Below are positions 1 to 10,324 of a stretch of DNA of 64,000 bases, piece after piece. Every line of letters starts with the position of its first letter. Within the stretch, counting starts at the first letter, position 1. A program made the translations under genes and the position numbers. The stretch lies in contig OZ244719.1 in NCBI GenBank assembly GCA_965219095.1, forward strand, positions 384,001 through 448,000. Direction: 5' to 3'. This stretch comes from Bdellovibrionales bacterium (lineage in GTDB: Bacteria > Bdellovibrionota > Bdellovibrionia > Bdellovibrionales > UBA1609). The notes under the pieces are model-generated. The model was not told the DNA's origin. It ran no database searches and saw nothing but the letters and a program-made list of their open reading frames with translations.

Positions 1-233
1 CAAACAATGAAGCAGAAAGAACGATTCGACATTCTGTGATGGGAAGAAAGAACTTTCATGGGTCAAGGACTCAGAGAGGAACTGAAACAGCATCAGTACT
101 TTACAGTATTGTGGAAAGTTGTAAGAAGGTGGAATTAGATCCTAAGGACTATATTTTAATGGTTGTGGGAAACTCCCTCGATAAGATGCCTATTAAAACG
201 CCTTTTGAGTATACAAGTGAGCTTCGTTCTTAA
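1..233 (+). CDS. IS66 family transposase TnpC, C-terminal part (cut by window edge)
   Basis: NNEAERTIRHSVMGRKNFHGSRTQRG...YSIVESCK is the typical IS66 C-terminus. Confidence 0.85.
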   Translation, partial: NNEAERTIRHSVMGRKNFHGSRTQRGTETASVLYSIVESCKKVELDPKDYILMVVGNSLDKMPIKTPFEYTSELRS

Positions 234-341
234 AGAATAAAGCACAAAAAAAATCAAAATTACGAAAAAAAACTAAGAATTATTCTTTTAAGAACTTCTC
301 TAATACTTTTGTAACGGGGAAGGCCTTAGGAAAACGTCTTA

Positions 342-1752
342 TACCATTTCCAAAAATTAATTCGACATTCTTTTAACGCATTGCGTCCTGGCTTTTTGAT
401 AAAACTCTGTTAAATTTTTAGAGTCATGTCGAAAAAAGATTTAGTTACACAGATTCAAGGGTATAATTTTCTAGCTACTTACAAAGTAGAAAGAAGTGCC
501 AACATCAAGACAAAATTATTGGCTTTGCAGCATATGCAAGAAGGAAAATCGATTCAAGAAACAGCAGGTATGGTTTTGTATCACCGTCACAGTATCAAAT
601 CTTGGTTACAGTCTTTTGTAGACTTTGATTACGAGGGATTGATAGATCGAGAAGGCAGAGGACGCAAGCCTCGTTTGCCAGTGACAGAAGAGGAGAACTT
701 CAAAATCAAGTTAGATGAAATTCAAGACAAAAGAGAGGGAGGAAGCATAGGAGCAAAGGAAATACAGAAACTTTTAGCAGATGAATTTGACTGTTGCTAT
801 TCTCTTTCTGGGGTTTATGTTTCTTTAGACCGCCTTAATATTGTATGGATCAGTGGTCGTTCTCTTCATCCTAAAAGTTCATTAAGAAGCTATGGAACAG
901 TTTAAGGAACATTTTCCAGAAGAGGTGGAGAAAATAAAGGAAAAGATTCAGACTAATAAAATAGAGATTTGGTGGCAGGATGAATGCAGAATAAGCTCAG
1001 CAAGGTTCTTTGAGTAGGATTTGGGCAAGAAAAGGCACACGGCCTAGAGTTGTGAGGCAAAGACAATTTTTATCCACTTATATTTTTGGAGCAGTTTGTC
1101 CGGATAGAGATAAAGGCTGTGCTTGGATTTTACCGGAATGTAATTCAGGGATGATGCAAATTCACTTAGATGAGATATCTAAAAATATTCAAGAAAACTA
1201 TCATGGAATTGTTTTAATGGACAGAGCCAGTTGGCATACCACAGAGACTTTGATAGTTCCTAAGAATTTATCCCTGATGCCTTTACCTCCTTATAGTCCA
1301 GAATTAAATCCCATGGAACAAGTCTGGCAACAATTACGAAGGATCAAATTATCGAATGCATGTTTTAAAAACTATGACCATATACTGAATACTTGTTGTG
1401 AGGCCTGGAATACTTTTTGCGATCAGGAGGGCAGGATTAAAAAATTATGCACTCGATCTTGGACAAAACAACAAGATGAATCAAGCTTGTAAATTAATTT
1501 GAACCTATAAATTAAATTGTGTAACTGATTTTTGTCATTTTAAATTTTAACCTCACTTTTTTACACTTATTTTAACCCATCAATCGATTTACACAACAAA
1601 TAGATATACCTGAAATAAACTTATCTTATGAAAACTTAAACTCACCTTAAAAGAAGTTTTTTTAAAACCTCCTAACTGAAACTTTTCCTTAAGTCAATTT
1701 TAAAATTTTAAATTTGAACATGAAAATGTCGAATTAATTTCTGTAATTGGTA
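342..1752 (+). mobile_element. IS630 family element
   Basis: Terminal IRs TACCATTTCCAAAAATTAATTCGACATT / AATGTCGAATTAATTTCTGTAATTGGTA; TTA on both sides (339-341, 1753-1755). Confidence 0.75.
426..1492 (+). pseudogene. IS630 transposase broken by two frameshifts (ORFs 426-905 and 1010-1492)
   Basis: HTH with GRGRKP; WWQDE lies in another frame; MDRASWH and LPPYSPELNPME DDE motifs. Confidence 0.85.
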
Positions 1753-2102
1753 TTACAACACCGTTTTACAACAAGATCAATAAAAACTTCTTCTTTAAAA
1801 TCTAAGAAATATCCTCCTCAGTAGAAGTCAAGGGCTGTTAAAAAACCGACTTACTGTTTTTTGGCTTACACTGTCTTGAAGTATTATTTAAAAAAGATTA
1901 CATAAAAAAACCTTTTCGCATAGAAAACTCTTCCTAAACTTAAAATAACCCATCTAAAACCTAGTATGTCTAAAATCTGGAGGCAATCCAGAAAAATCTA
2001 ATATATTCAAATACTTATGATTTTTTTCATTTGCTAAAGGGCGAACTCAGGAGAAAACCAAGCTCATAATGACATGGTCATAGGTTCGTATAATGTTCGT
2101 AT

Positions 2103-2178
2103 TGGTTAGGATAAGCGGACTTGAACCGCTGACCTCTACCATGTCAAAGTAGCACTCTACCAACTGAGCTATATCCTA
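2103..2178 (-). tRNA. tRNA-Val(GAC)
   Basis: 76-nt cloverleaf: acceptor TAGGATA/TATCCTA, anticodon loop TTGACAT, GGTTCAAGTCC, encoded CCA. Confidence 0.95.
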
Positions 2179-2224
2179 ACAAAGCTTTCTTTTTATAAAC
2201 TTTATGCCCTAGTATAGGGAAAGG

Positions 2225-2878
2225 TCAAGAATTACCTTGTTTTAAACACTCTTTCCAACATTCATACCACTTAAAGGCTAATTTTTTAAGATAGAAACTC
2301 TTTTTTTCTTCAGAAAAAAAGTCCTCCCCCTTAAGGTGATGGGAGAGTGTGTCCATAGAAAGATTCTCTATTCCACAAATCTTAATAGATGAAAAATCAT
2401 CCAAGTTATTGAATACATTAAGTGAAAGACCATGGGAACTTATCCCTTGTTCAAAATGACAGCCTATGAAAGCAATTTTTCCTTCATGGGTATACACACC
2501 AGGTTTTTTTAGAGAAAAATAAGAATTTATTTCATAGGTCTCCAACAAACACATAATACTTCTTAGAAGCATACCTATAAACTCTTTAGGCTTAAGACCC
2601 ATTTTTTCAAAAGCTAAAACAGGATAGATTACAAGCTGACCTTTAGAATGGACCGTGGCTTTTCCACCTCTTTTCACAGAGACAACAGGAAAAGTATTTC
2701 TTTTTAAAACATCTGATGCATTGGCTCTGACTCCTAACGTTACCACTGAAGGATGCTCTAAAGCTAGAATTTCGCCCATATAGTTACTACCTGTTTCAAA
2801 AGATTCTAAAATTTTTTTTCTATATTCTTCTTGATACTTTAAAGATTGTTTATAATTTACTCTTCCCAACCAAATCAT
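2225..2878 (-). CDS. lipB: lipoyl(octanoyl) transferase
   Basis: LEHPSVVTLG, RGGKATVH..GQLVIYP, KIAFIG, HGLSLNV, ICG motifs. Confidence 0.9.
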   Translation of the reverse strand: MIWLGRVNYKQSLKYQEEYRKKILESFETGSNYMGEILALEHPSVVTLGVRANASDVLKRNTFPVVSVKRGGKATVHSKGQLVIYPVLAFEKMGLKPKEFIGMLLRSIMCLLETYEINSYFSLKKPGVYTHEGKIAFIGCHFEQGISSHGLSLNVFNNLDDFSSIKICGIENLSMDTLSHHLKGEDFFSEEKKSFYLKKLAFKWYECWKECLKQGNS

Positions 2879-2885
2879 ATAAACC

Positions 2886-4046
2886 TCACTTATTAAAGCT
2901 TAAAGATACTTCAACTCCTTGAGAGTTATAGTAAAGAAATGTAATGTGAAACGATTTAAATATTTTTTCTTTTATAAGGTGAGACAGTTTCTTAGGAGTT
3001 AACGGAGAATCCACTTTAAAAATAATTTTTTTAGGAGTGAATTTCCTTTCTTTTAAAGACTTAATCTGCCCTAAAATTTCTAATTCTTTTTTGAACTGGT
3101 AAATTTGTTTAAATGTATAACTTCCCTTTAAACTAAGAAACAGTTCGTTAAACTTAAACGATCCTCTCTTATATCCCTGTCTCATTTGTTGAATGATTTT
3201 CTGGAAGAGATGCGTTGAAGAATTTTGGAACCATTGTGATAAAACGTCTTTCATTTGACCATAATTTATTTTTTGTAAGTCCCTTATCTGAGCTAATTTA
3301 AGACCATGAACTTGTTGTGCCACAACAGACGTATCTATTGAGAACTGATTGTGGAGGGCTTGATCAATAGTTAGAGATCCGTAAATTACAATGTCTGCAT
3401 AAAAGTATTTTCCTATCTGTAAAGCTCTAGTTTCTGATATCTCTCCTTTAAAATCTTCATTCAACAAATAATACATACGAGATTGAATGGGGGAAAAAAG
3501 ATAGTATTGCTCCTTTTTAAAGGTTTCTGTTGCCTTATGATGAAAAACAAGCATCTTTTTTTCAAGAAAAGATTTATGAGAACTCGGTTCATCTCTCCAC
3601 CAAGAAAAAGACTCTGAACTCTTTTTTTCTTTAAGACTTATAAGAAGTAAAACTTTCTGATACATTTTGTCATTATAAAAAAGACCTCTCTCAACAAGAA
3701 TTTTTGTTAAATGATCCAATGAAAGAGAAAGGAATACTTTAAATTTATAGCCTGTTTTTATCTTAAAAGGCTTCGAGGTCTTCACAGAATAAATATAAAG
3801 ATGAGAGTCTTTTATAATTTTTCTAATAACTTGTTTGTTTTTATTAGCCTTTTCAACTCCAATGATCTCATGAATGTATTTTAAAGACATTTTTTCTACA
3901 GCTTTTTCTAAAACTTCTTTTCTAGCCAGAGAAAGCTGTGAAAGAGTTGTTTCCTGTTCTTGTATCACCTGTAAAATCTGACTAGCCGAACTCAAAAAGT
4001 TAAGGAAAAAGACAGTAAAAAAAAGAACTTTCATAAAACAACTCAT
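2886..4046 (-). CDS. hypothetical exported protein
   Basis: 386-aa ORF with signal-peptide-like N-terminus, co-oriented between dnaE and lipB. Confidence 0.7.
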   Translation of the reverse strand: MSCFMKVLFFTVFFLNFLSSASQILQVIQEQETTLSQLSLARKEVLEKAVEKMSLKYIHEIIGVEKANKNKQVIRKIIKDSHLYIYSVKTSKPFKIKTGYKFKVFLSLSLDHLTKILVERGLFYNDKMYQKVLLLISLKEKKSSESFSWWRDEPSSHKSFLEKKMLVFHHKATETFKKEQYYLFSPIQSRMYYLLNEDFKGEISETRALQIGKYFYADIVIYGSLTIDQALHNQFSIDTSVVAQQVHGLKLAQIRDLQKINYGQMKDVLSQWFQNSSTHLFQKIIQQMRQGYKRGSFKFNELFLSLKGSYTFKQIYQFKKELEILGQIKSLKERKFTPKKIIFKVDSPLTPKKLSHLIKEKIFKSFHITFLYYNSQGVEVSLSFNK

Positions 4047-4102
4047 TAGTTTTTATTCAGAAGCCTAAATTGCATCTTTACCTTTTTCTTTTAAAAATTT
4101 TT

Positions 4103-7100
4103 TCATAAAATCTCCACATGAGATGACTTTCCCATAATGTTATAAAAAGATTCAAAAAGTTCTATAGAAGGTTTTACTTTTAAAGACCCTTCAAAATTAA
4201 AATCTACCTTTTGAGAAAGTTTTTTCAAATGAACTCTAAGTCCTAAGGGAGTCTGTCCTTTATACTGAATAAAAAGTTTTTGTAACTCTTTCATTTTTTG
4301 AGCTTTATTGATTTTATCGTCTTCTTTAATATTAAAAACCACTTTTCTAGTTTGGTTCATTTTATCTAAAACACTTTCAATCTTATCTACAATTACTTTA
4401 TTTTTCTCTTTTCCTATTTTTCCATAAACCACTAAAGGAATTTGACTTTTTAACAAAAACTCATACTCATTATAACAATCACTGAAAACGACGAGTTCAA
4501 TAAAACCATCTAAATTTTCTAAACGAACAAAAGCCATTCTCTTTCCCTTTTTGGTAAAAAACTCTTTTTTATGACCTACAAGACCCACTAAAATGACATT
4601 ATCTTCATTTTTTAAACTTTTCAAATCTGAAGTGAATAAAGCTCCCCATTTCTGTTGAGTTACAAAACGTTTCCAAACTTGGAGAGGATGACCTGTGAGA
4701 TAAAGTCCTAAAACTTCTTTTTCATAAGCTAATTGGATTTGAGTGGTCCACTTTTCACAGTCCTTTATTTTCACAGTTTGTTCTTCTTTAAAACTCTCAT
4801 GAAGAGAAAAAAGACTGGTTTGACCTATTTCTTTTTCTTCCTTCTGCTTCTCAGCACGTTTTACAAAAATATCAAAGTGTTTCAATAATTGATGACGATG
4901 ATAAGAAAAACCGTCCAAAGCTCCTGCTTTAATCAAACTTTCAATCGTCTTTTTGTTAACCCTTCTTAAGTCTACGTTTTCAAAAAATTGCTCTAAACTC
5001 TCAAAAAAACCTCTAAGAATATTCTTCCGTGCCTCTAAGATAGCCTCCACAGCACTTTGCCCCACGCCTTTAATAGCCCCTAATGAAAAGAAAATCATCT
5101 CTTGTTTGACTGTAAATTTATAATCTGAATGGTTGATATGAGGGGGTTTAATTTCAAGACCTCTTTTATGAGCATCTTTAATATAAAAAGATAACTTTTC
5201 AGTATCATTCATTTCTGTGCTAAATAAAGCTGCATAAAATTCCTCAGGATAATTCTTTTTTAAATAAGCTGTTTGAGCTGAAAGCACACAATAAGCAGCT
5301 GCATGGCTTTTGTTAAATCCGTATTTAGCAAACTCAGCCATAGTATCAAACAACTGGCTTGATTTTTTCTCATCATATTTATTTTTCCTTGCCCCTTTCA
5401 AAAACCTTTCTTTTTGTTTAGCCATTTTTTGAGTTTCTTTTTTTCCCATAGCTTTTCTTAAAATATCAGCTTCTCCTAAACTATAGTTAGCTATTTTAGC
5501 AGCAATGAATTGTACTTGTTCTTGGTACACAATAACTCCAAGTGTTTCTTTCAAAATATCTTCTAACTCCTCAAAGATATAAGAAATTTTTTCAGGATGT
5601 TTTTTTCTTTCAATATAATCGGGAATTTTCTCCATAGGACCAGGTCTATAAAGAGCATTAATAGCCATAATGTCTTTAAAACTTTCAGGCTTAACTTTTT
5701 TTATCACTTCTGTTACCCCTTGACCTTCAAATTGAAAAACCCCTGCTGTATCTCCTTTTGAAAGAAGTTCATAAATTCCTTTATCAAATATGTCTATATT
5801 ATCAATACTTAAGGGTTTTTTATTGTTATTATGGATTAAATTCAAACTCTCATGAATATGAGTTAGAGTTTTTAAACCTAAAAAATCAAACTTCACAAGA
5901 CCTATTTTTTCAGCACTTTTCATATCATACTGAATCACATTGTCTCCCTCTGCTCCCTTATAAAGAGGAGCATGGGAGACAATGTTTCCATCAGCAATAA
6001 TCACACCTGCAGCATGAATGCTCGCATGCCTTACCACTCCTTCTATTTTTTTAGCTAACTCAAAGAGTCTTTCAATAGAGGAATCTTCATCAATCATAGT
6101 TTTCAAACGTGGTTCTTTTTTAATAGATTCAGAAAGTGTAATTTTTAATACATCAGGAATCAGCTTAGCCACGTTATCAACCCTATCGTAAGTCATACCC
6201 AGAACACGACCTACATCTCTTAACGCAGCTCTTGCTTGAAGCCTCCCATAGGTTATAATGTGACTCACATTTTCTTTTGAATACTTTTGTTCTACATAAG
6301 ATAAAACTTTATGACGGTTTTCTTGACAGAAATCAATATCAAAATCAGGAAGAGAAATTCTTTCTGGATTTAAAAATCTTTCAAAAATAAGACCTAAAGG
6401 AAGAGGATCTAAAGCTGTAATGCCCAAACAATAAGCCACTAAAGACCCTGCTCCTGAACCTCGTCCTGGTCCAACAGGAACACCATTATTTTTGGACCAA
6501 TTTACAAAATCTTGAACGATAAGAAAATAGCCTGCAAAACCCATCTCCCCTATAATTTGAATCTCTTTCTCAATCCTTTGATAATATACATTTTGTTTTA
6601 ACTTAGGGATGTTTTTTGCTTTTAATCCTTTTATAGTAAGTTCTCTTAATTCTTTAATAGAATCTTTTTTCTTACTATAAGAAGGGAGGTGATAGATGGG
6701 ATGTCCTTTTTTATCCTTTAATACAAACTCAATATTACACCTATCAGCTATTTCCAAGGTGTTAGATAGTGCTTCCGGGTACTGTCTAAAAAGTTCTTTC
6801 ATCTCCTCAGAACTTTTAAAATAAAATTGATCAGAGCCTAAACGATATCGCGTTTCATCTTGTAAGGTTTTATTACTACCTATACAAACTAAAACTTCCT
6901 GAGCAATTTGTTCATCTTGATTCAGATAATGAACGTTATTAGTTGCAACCAGAGGAATGTCTAGCTTTTTAGAATTATCATAAAGAAACTCATTAAACTG
7001 ATGGCATTCAGGTAAATTCAAAGTCATCTCCAAATAAAAACGATCTTCATAAACTTTCTTGTACCATTTGATTCTTTGCTCACAAGCCTCTTTTCCTTTC

Positions 7101-7540
7101 TCAAAAAAAGTATCCGCCACATCACCCTTTAAGCTTCCGGAAAGAGCTATGATATTTTTATTATATTTTTTTAAAATTTCATCATCAATTCGTGGAACAT
7201 AATAAAATCCCTCCTGATAGCCAAGAGAGCTTATCTGACATAAATTCTGATAACCCTTATAGTTTTGAGCTAAAAGAACTAGATGGTTTGTTTTACGATA
7301 TTCATTTTGTTTTTTATAACGTCCATGAACAGCTCTGTACACTTCCATACCTAAAATAGGCTTGATTTCATACTCTTTAGCTAAAAGATAAAACTCTATA
7401 GCTCCAAACATATTACCATAATCCGTAAGAGCCACACTAGGCATTCCATACTCTTTACATCTTGAAACTAAGTCTTTGATAAAAAGAGGTGATTGAAGTA
7501 AAGAGTACTCTGAATGTGTGTGCAAATGTACAAATGACAT
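4103..7540 (-). CDS. dnaE: DNA polymerase III alpha subunit
   Basis: PHP domain FVHLHTHSEYSLL, GPGRGSGAGS, PDFDIDF, YGFNKSH; start placed at MSFVHLH. Confidence 0.98.
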   Translation of the reverse strand: MSFVHLHTHSEYSLLQSPLFIKDLVSRCKEYGMPSVALTDYGNMFGAIEFYLLAKEYEIKPILGMEVYRAVHGRYKKQNEYRKTNHLVLLAQNYKGYQNLCQISSLGYQEGFYYVPRIDDEILKKYNKNIIALSGSLKGDVADTFFEKGKEACEQRIKWYKKVYEDRFYLEMTLNLPECHQFNEFLYDNSKKLDIPLVATNNVHYLNQDEQIAQEVLVCIGSNKTLQDETRYRLGSDQFYFKSSEEMKELFRQYPEALSNTLEIADRCNIEFVLKDKKGHPIYHLPSYSKKKDSIKELRELTIKGLKAKNIPKLKQNVYYQRIEKEIQIIGEMGFAGYFLIVQDFVNWSKNNGVPVGPGRGSGAGSLVAYCLGITALDPLPLGLIFERFLNPERISLPDFDIDFCQENRHKVLSYVEQKYSKENVSHIITYGRLQARAALRDVGRVLGMTYDRVDNVAKLIPDVLKITLSESIKKEPRLKTMIDEDSSIERLFELAKKIEGVVRHASIHAAGVIIADGNIVSHAPLYKGAEGDNVIQYDMKSAEKIGLVKFDFLGLKTLTHIHESLNLIHNNNKKPLSIDNIDIFDKGIYELLSKGDTAGVFQFEGQGVTEVIKKVKPESFKDIMAINALYRPGPMEKIPDYIERKKHPEKISYIFEELEDILKETLGVIVYQEQVQFIAAKIANYSLGEADILRKAMGKKETQKMAKQKERFLKGARKNKYDEKKSSQLFDTMAEFAKYGFNKSHAAAYCVLSAQTAYLKKNYPEEFYAALFSTEMNDTEKLSFYIKDAHKRGLEIKPPHINHSDYKFTVKQEMIFFSLGAIKGVGQSAVEAILEARKNILRGFFESLEQFFENVDLRRVNKKTIESLIKAGALDGFSYHRHQLLKHFDIFVKRAEKQKEEKEIGQTSLFSLHESFKEEQTVKIKDCEKWTTQIQLAYEKEVLGLYLTGHPLQVWKRFVTQQKWGALFTSDLKSLKNEDNVILVGLVGHKKEFFTKKGKRMAFVRLENLDGFIELVVFSDCYNEYEFLLKSQIPLVVYGKIGKEKNKVIVDKIESVLDKMNQTRKVVFNIKEDDKINKAQKMKELQKLFIQYKGQTPLGLRVHLKKLSQKVDFNFEGSLKVKPSIELFESFYNIMGKSSHVEIL

Positions 7541-7545
7541 GTCTA

Positions 7546-9075
7546 TTACTCCCATTCAATAGTTCCTGGTGGTTTGCTTGTTATATCATAAACCACTCTG
7601 TTAATGCCTTCGACTTCATTAGTAAGGCGGTTAGATAATTTTCTTAAAAAAGAGGAGGGAATGTCAAACCAATCGCATGTCATGCCATCTAAAGATGTGA
7701 CAGCCCTTAGAGCTAAAACATGTTCATAGGTACGAAAATCTCCCTGAACTCCCACGGTTTTTGTAGGTAAAAGCACACAAAAAGCTTGCCATATATAGTC
7801 GTAAAGGCCTTCTTTCTTAAGTTCCTTTAAGAAAATAGAGTCTGCTTTCTTTAAAATCATAAGCTTTGCTTCAGTGACCTCCCCTAAAATGCGTATAGCA
7901 AGACCTGGGCCTGGGAAAGGGTGGCGGTATAAAAATTCTCTTTCAATACCCAGTTCTTCTCCTATTTTACGCACTTCGTCTTTAAATAATTCCCTCAAAG
8001 GTTCCACAATTTTTAAATCAAGCTTTTCAGGAAGCCCTCCCACATTATGGTGAGTTTTGATCACAGCACTTTGTCCGTAAACAGCTACACTCTCTACTCG
8101 ATCAGGATACAAAGTCCCCTGGGCTAACCATTCTATCTGAGAATAAAAGTGTTTTTTTATGTACTTTTCAAACTCTTCAATAAATGTATGACCTATAATC
8201 TTTCTTTTTTTCTCAGGATCTATTACACTTTTTAACTTCTTTAAGAAAAGAGATCTTGCTTCTATAAGATCTAAAGAGAAATTTAGTTTCTTATAATTTT
8301 CCAAAATTGAAAAAACCTCTTCTTGTCTTAAAAGACCTGTGTCCACTAAAACACCTTGAACACGATCTTTACCTAAAGCTTCACACAGTAAAGCCATCGA
8401 TACAGTGGAATCCACTCCTCCGCTTAAAGCACACAGGATTTTACCCTTTCCATGTACCTGAGTTTTTAAATGATCTATGATTAGTTTTTTTTGCATTTTC
8501 ACTTGCCATAAACGGGGGGCCTTACACATATCAAAAACAAAATGTTTTAATAGATCTATCCCATTTTCTGTGTGGCTGACTTCAGGATGAAACTGAACTG
8601 CTAAAAGAGGATTCTTTGACTGAGAACTTCTAACACTGGCTATATGGTGGGATTGAGAATGGGCTAGAATTTCAAAATTTGAAGGGGCTTTTTTGACAAT
8701 ATCACCATGACTCATCCAAACATTTTTAATCTTTTTAAAAAGATGGTTTGAACTTGAGATACAATTCAAACCATACTCTCTTTTATTTGTTTTTTGAACC
8801 TCTCCTCCTAGTTGATGACATATAAGTTGCATTCCGTAACAAATTCCTAAAAGAGGAGCCTTATCCCAATACTCTTGAACATTAATATAAGGAGCCTTTT
8901 TATCATAAACTGAAAAAGGGCCTCCGCTGAGAATAAAACCACAAGCCCCTTCAAGATCCTTTATTTTTGTAGAAAAAGAAACCACCTCTACAAAGATTTT
9001 AAGCTCTCTAAGACGACGTACAATGAGTTGGGTGTATTGGGAGCCAAAATCTAAAACAAAAATGCTAGGACTCAT
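7546..9075 (-). CDS. guaA: GMP synthase (glutamine-hydrolysing)
   Basis: LDFGSQY, GICYGMQ, QFHPEV, SGGVDS, KTHHNVGGLP, KPPGTIEWE. Confidence 0.98.
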   Translation of the reverse strand: MSPSIFVLDFGSQYTQLIVRRLRELKIFVEVVSFSTKIKDLEGACGFILSGGPFSVYDKKAPYINVQEYWDKAPLLGICYGMQLICHQLGGEVQKTNKREYGLNCISSSNHLFKKIKNVWMSHGDIVKKAPSNFEILAHSQSHHIASVRSSQSKNPLLAVQFHPEVSHTENGIDLLKHFVFDMCKAPRLWQVKMQKKLIIDHLKTQVHGKGKILCALSGGVDSTVSMALLCEALGKDRVQGVLVDTGLLRQEEVFSILENYKKLNFSLDLIEARSLFLKKLKSVIDPEKKRKIIGHTFIEEFEKYIKKHFYSQIEWLAQGTLYPDRVESVAVYGQSAVIKTHHNVGGLPEKLDLKIVEPLRELFKDEVRKIGEELGIEREFLYRHPFPGPGLAIRILGEVTEAKLMILKKADSIFLKELKKEGLYDYIWQAFCVLLPTKTVGVQGDFRTYEHVLALRAVTSLDGMTCDWFDIPSSFLRKLSNRLTNEVEGINRVVYDITSKPPGTIEWE

Positions 9076-9236
9076 AAGTCATTGTAGCTTATGTAAATCT
9101 AGGTTTCTTTAGTTAGGGCAGAGTGTTATCTTTTGATAAAATTGGTAGGAGTTGGAGCCTGAAATGAGCCTGTAAATTAAATTGTGTAACTGATTTTTTC
9201 ATTTGTATACGAATATCTCTTTGTAAGATCCACAAT

Positions 9237-10313
9237 TTACAGCACTTTTGAGTTAACTTTTAATTTTTCAGCTTGAAAGTAAGTGTTGAGAGGTTCGGTA
9301 AGATAATTGAGTTCACCTTCCATTACCTCCTTCAACCTATGACTTGTAAAATTGATTCTGTGATCAGTGATTCGAGTTTGAGGGAAATTATACGTTCGAA
9401 TCCTCTCAGAACGATCTCCTGTACCTATTTGAGCTAAGCGTGCTTTAGAGGCTTCTTTTTGATTTTTTTCTTCCTCCAAAACTTTCAGGCGAGCGTAAAG
9501 AACTTTAAAGGCCTGCTGTTTGTTAGAGTGTTGGGACTTGCCATCTTGACAGGTAACAATAAGCCCTGTAGGAAGATGAGTCAGCCTCACAGCAGAATCA
9601 GTGGTATTAACAGATTGTCCTCCATGGCCACTTGATCGATACACATCAACACGTACATCCGAAGGATTCACTTCAATCTCTGCTTCCTCTACTTCTGGCA
9701 AAACAGCTACTGTAATCGTTGAAGTATGAACCCTTCCTTGAGACTCTGTCTTAGGAACTCTTTGAACTCTATGTACTCCACTTTCATACTTCATAAAACT
9801 ATAGACTAAATCTCCTGAAATGTTGGAAATGATCTCTTTCATCCCCCCTGCATTACCTTCAGAAGAATTAAGAATTTTTACAATCCACCTCCTTTTTCCT
9901 GCAAACAAAGAATAAGCTTTGAAAAGCTCCTGAACAAACAAACTCGCCTCATCACCCCCCGCCCCTGCTCTCATCTCTAAAATAATATTCTTTTCATTAT
10001 GAGGATCTTTAGGAAGAAGTAAAAGCTTTAACTCTTCTGAAATTTTATTTAAAACTTTCTGTCCTTCTTGAATCTCTTCTTTGGCCAAATTCCTTAAGCT
10101 TTCATCTTGTTCCAATTCTAAAATCTCTTTTGCCGATTTTATATCCTTTTGTATTTTTTCATAAAATTCATAAACAGAGACGATTTTCTCGATACGTTTT
10201 ATCTCTTTCATAAGATCACGAATCTTGTTGGAATCACTTGCATATTCTGGATTCTCTAATTGTTGCTTTAAAGAATAAAACTTTCTTTTAATTTCATTTA
10301 ATGTTTCAAACAT
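9237..10313 (-). CDS. prfA: peptide chain release factor 1
   Basis: GGQ motif; RF1-type PxT motif (VPKTE); GDRSERIRTYNFPQ. Confidence 0.97.
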   Translation of the reverse strand: MFETLNEIKRKFYSLKQQLENPEYASDSNKIRDLMKEIKRIEKIVSVYEFYEKIQKDIKSAKEILELEQDESLRNLAKEEIQEGQKVLNKISEELKLLLLPKDPHNEKNIILEMRAGAGGDEASLFVQELFKAYSLFAGKRRWIVKILNSSEGNAGGMKEIISNISGDLVYSFMKYESGVHRVQRVPKTESQGRVHTSTITVAVLPEVEEAEIEVNPSDVRVDVYRSSGHGGQSVNTTDSAVRLTHLPTGLIVTCQDGKSQHSNKQQAFKVLYARLKVLEEEKNQKEASKARLAQIGTGDRSERIRTYNFPQTRITDHRINFTSHRLKEVMEGELNYLTEPLNTYFQAEKLKVNSKVL

Positions 10314-10324
10314 AGTAGAAAAAC

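Noticed and set aside
2103..2178. tRNA-Val as an island attachment site
   Set aside because: No duplicated tRNA 3' end or adjacent integrase found in the window
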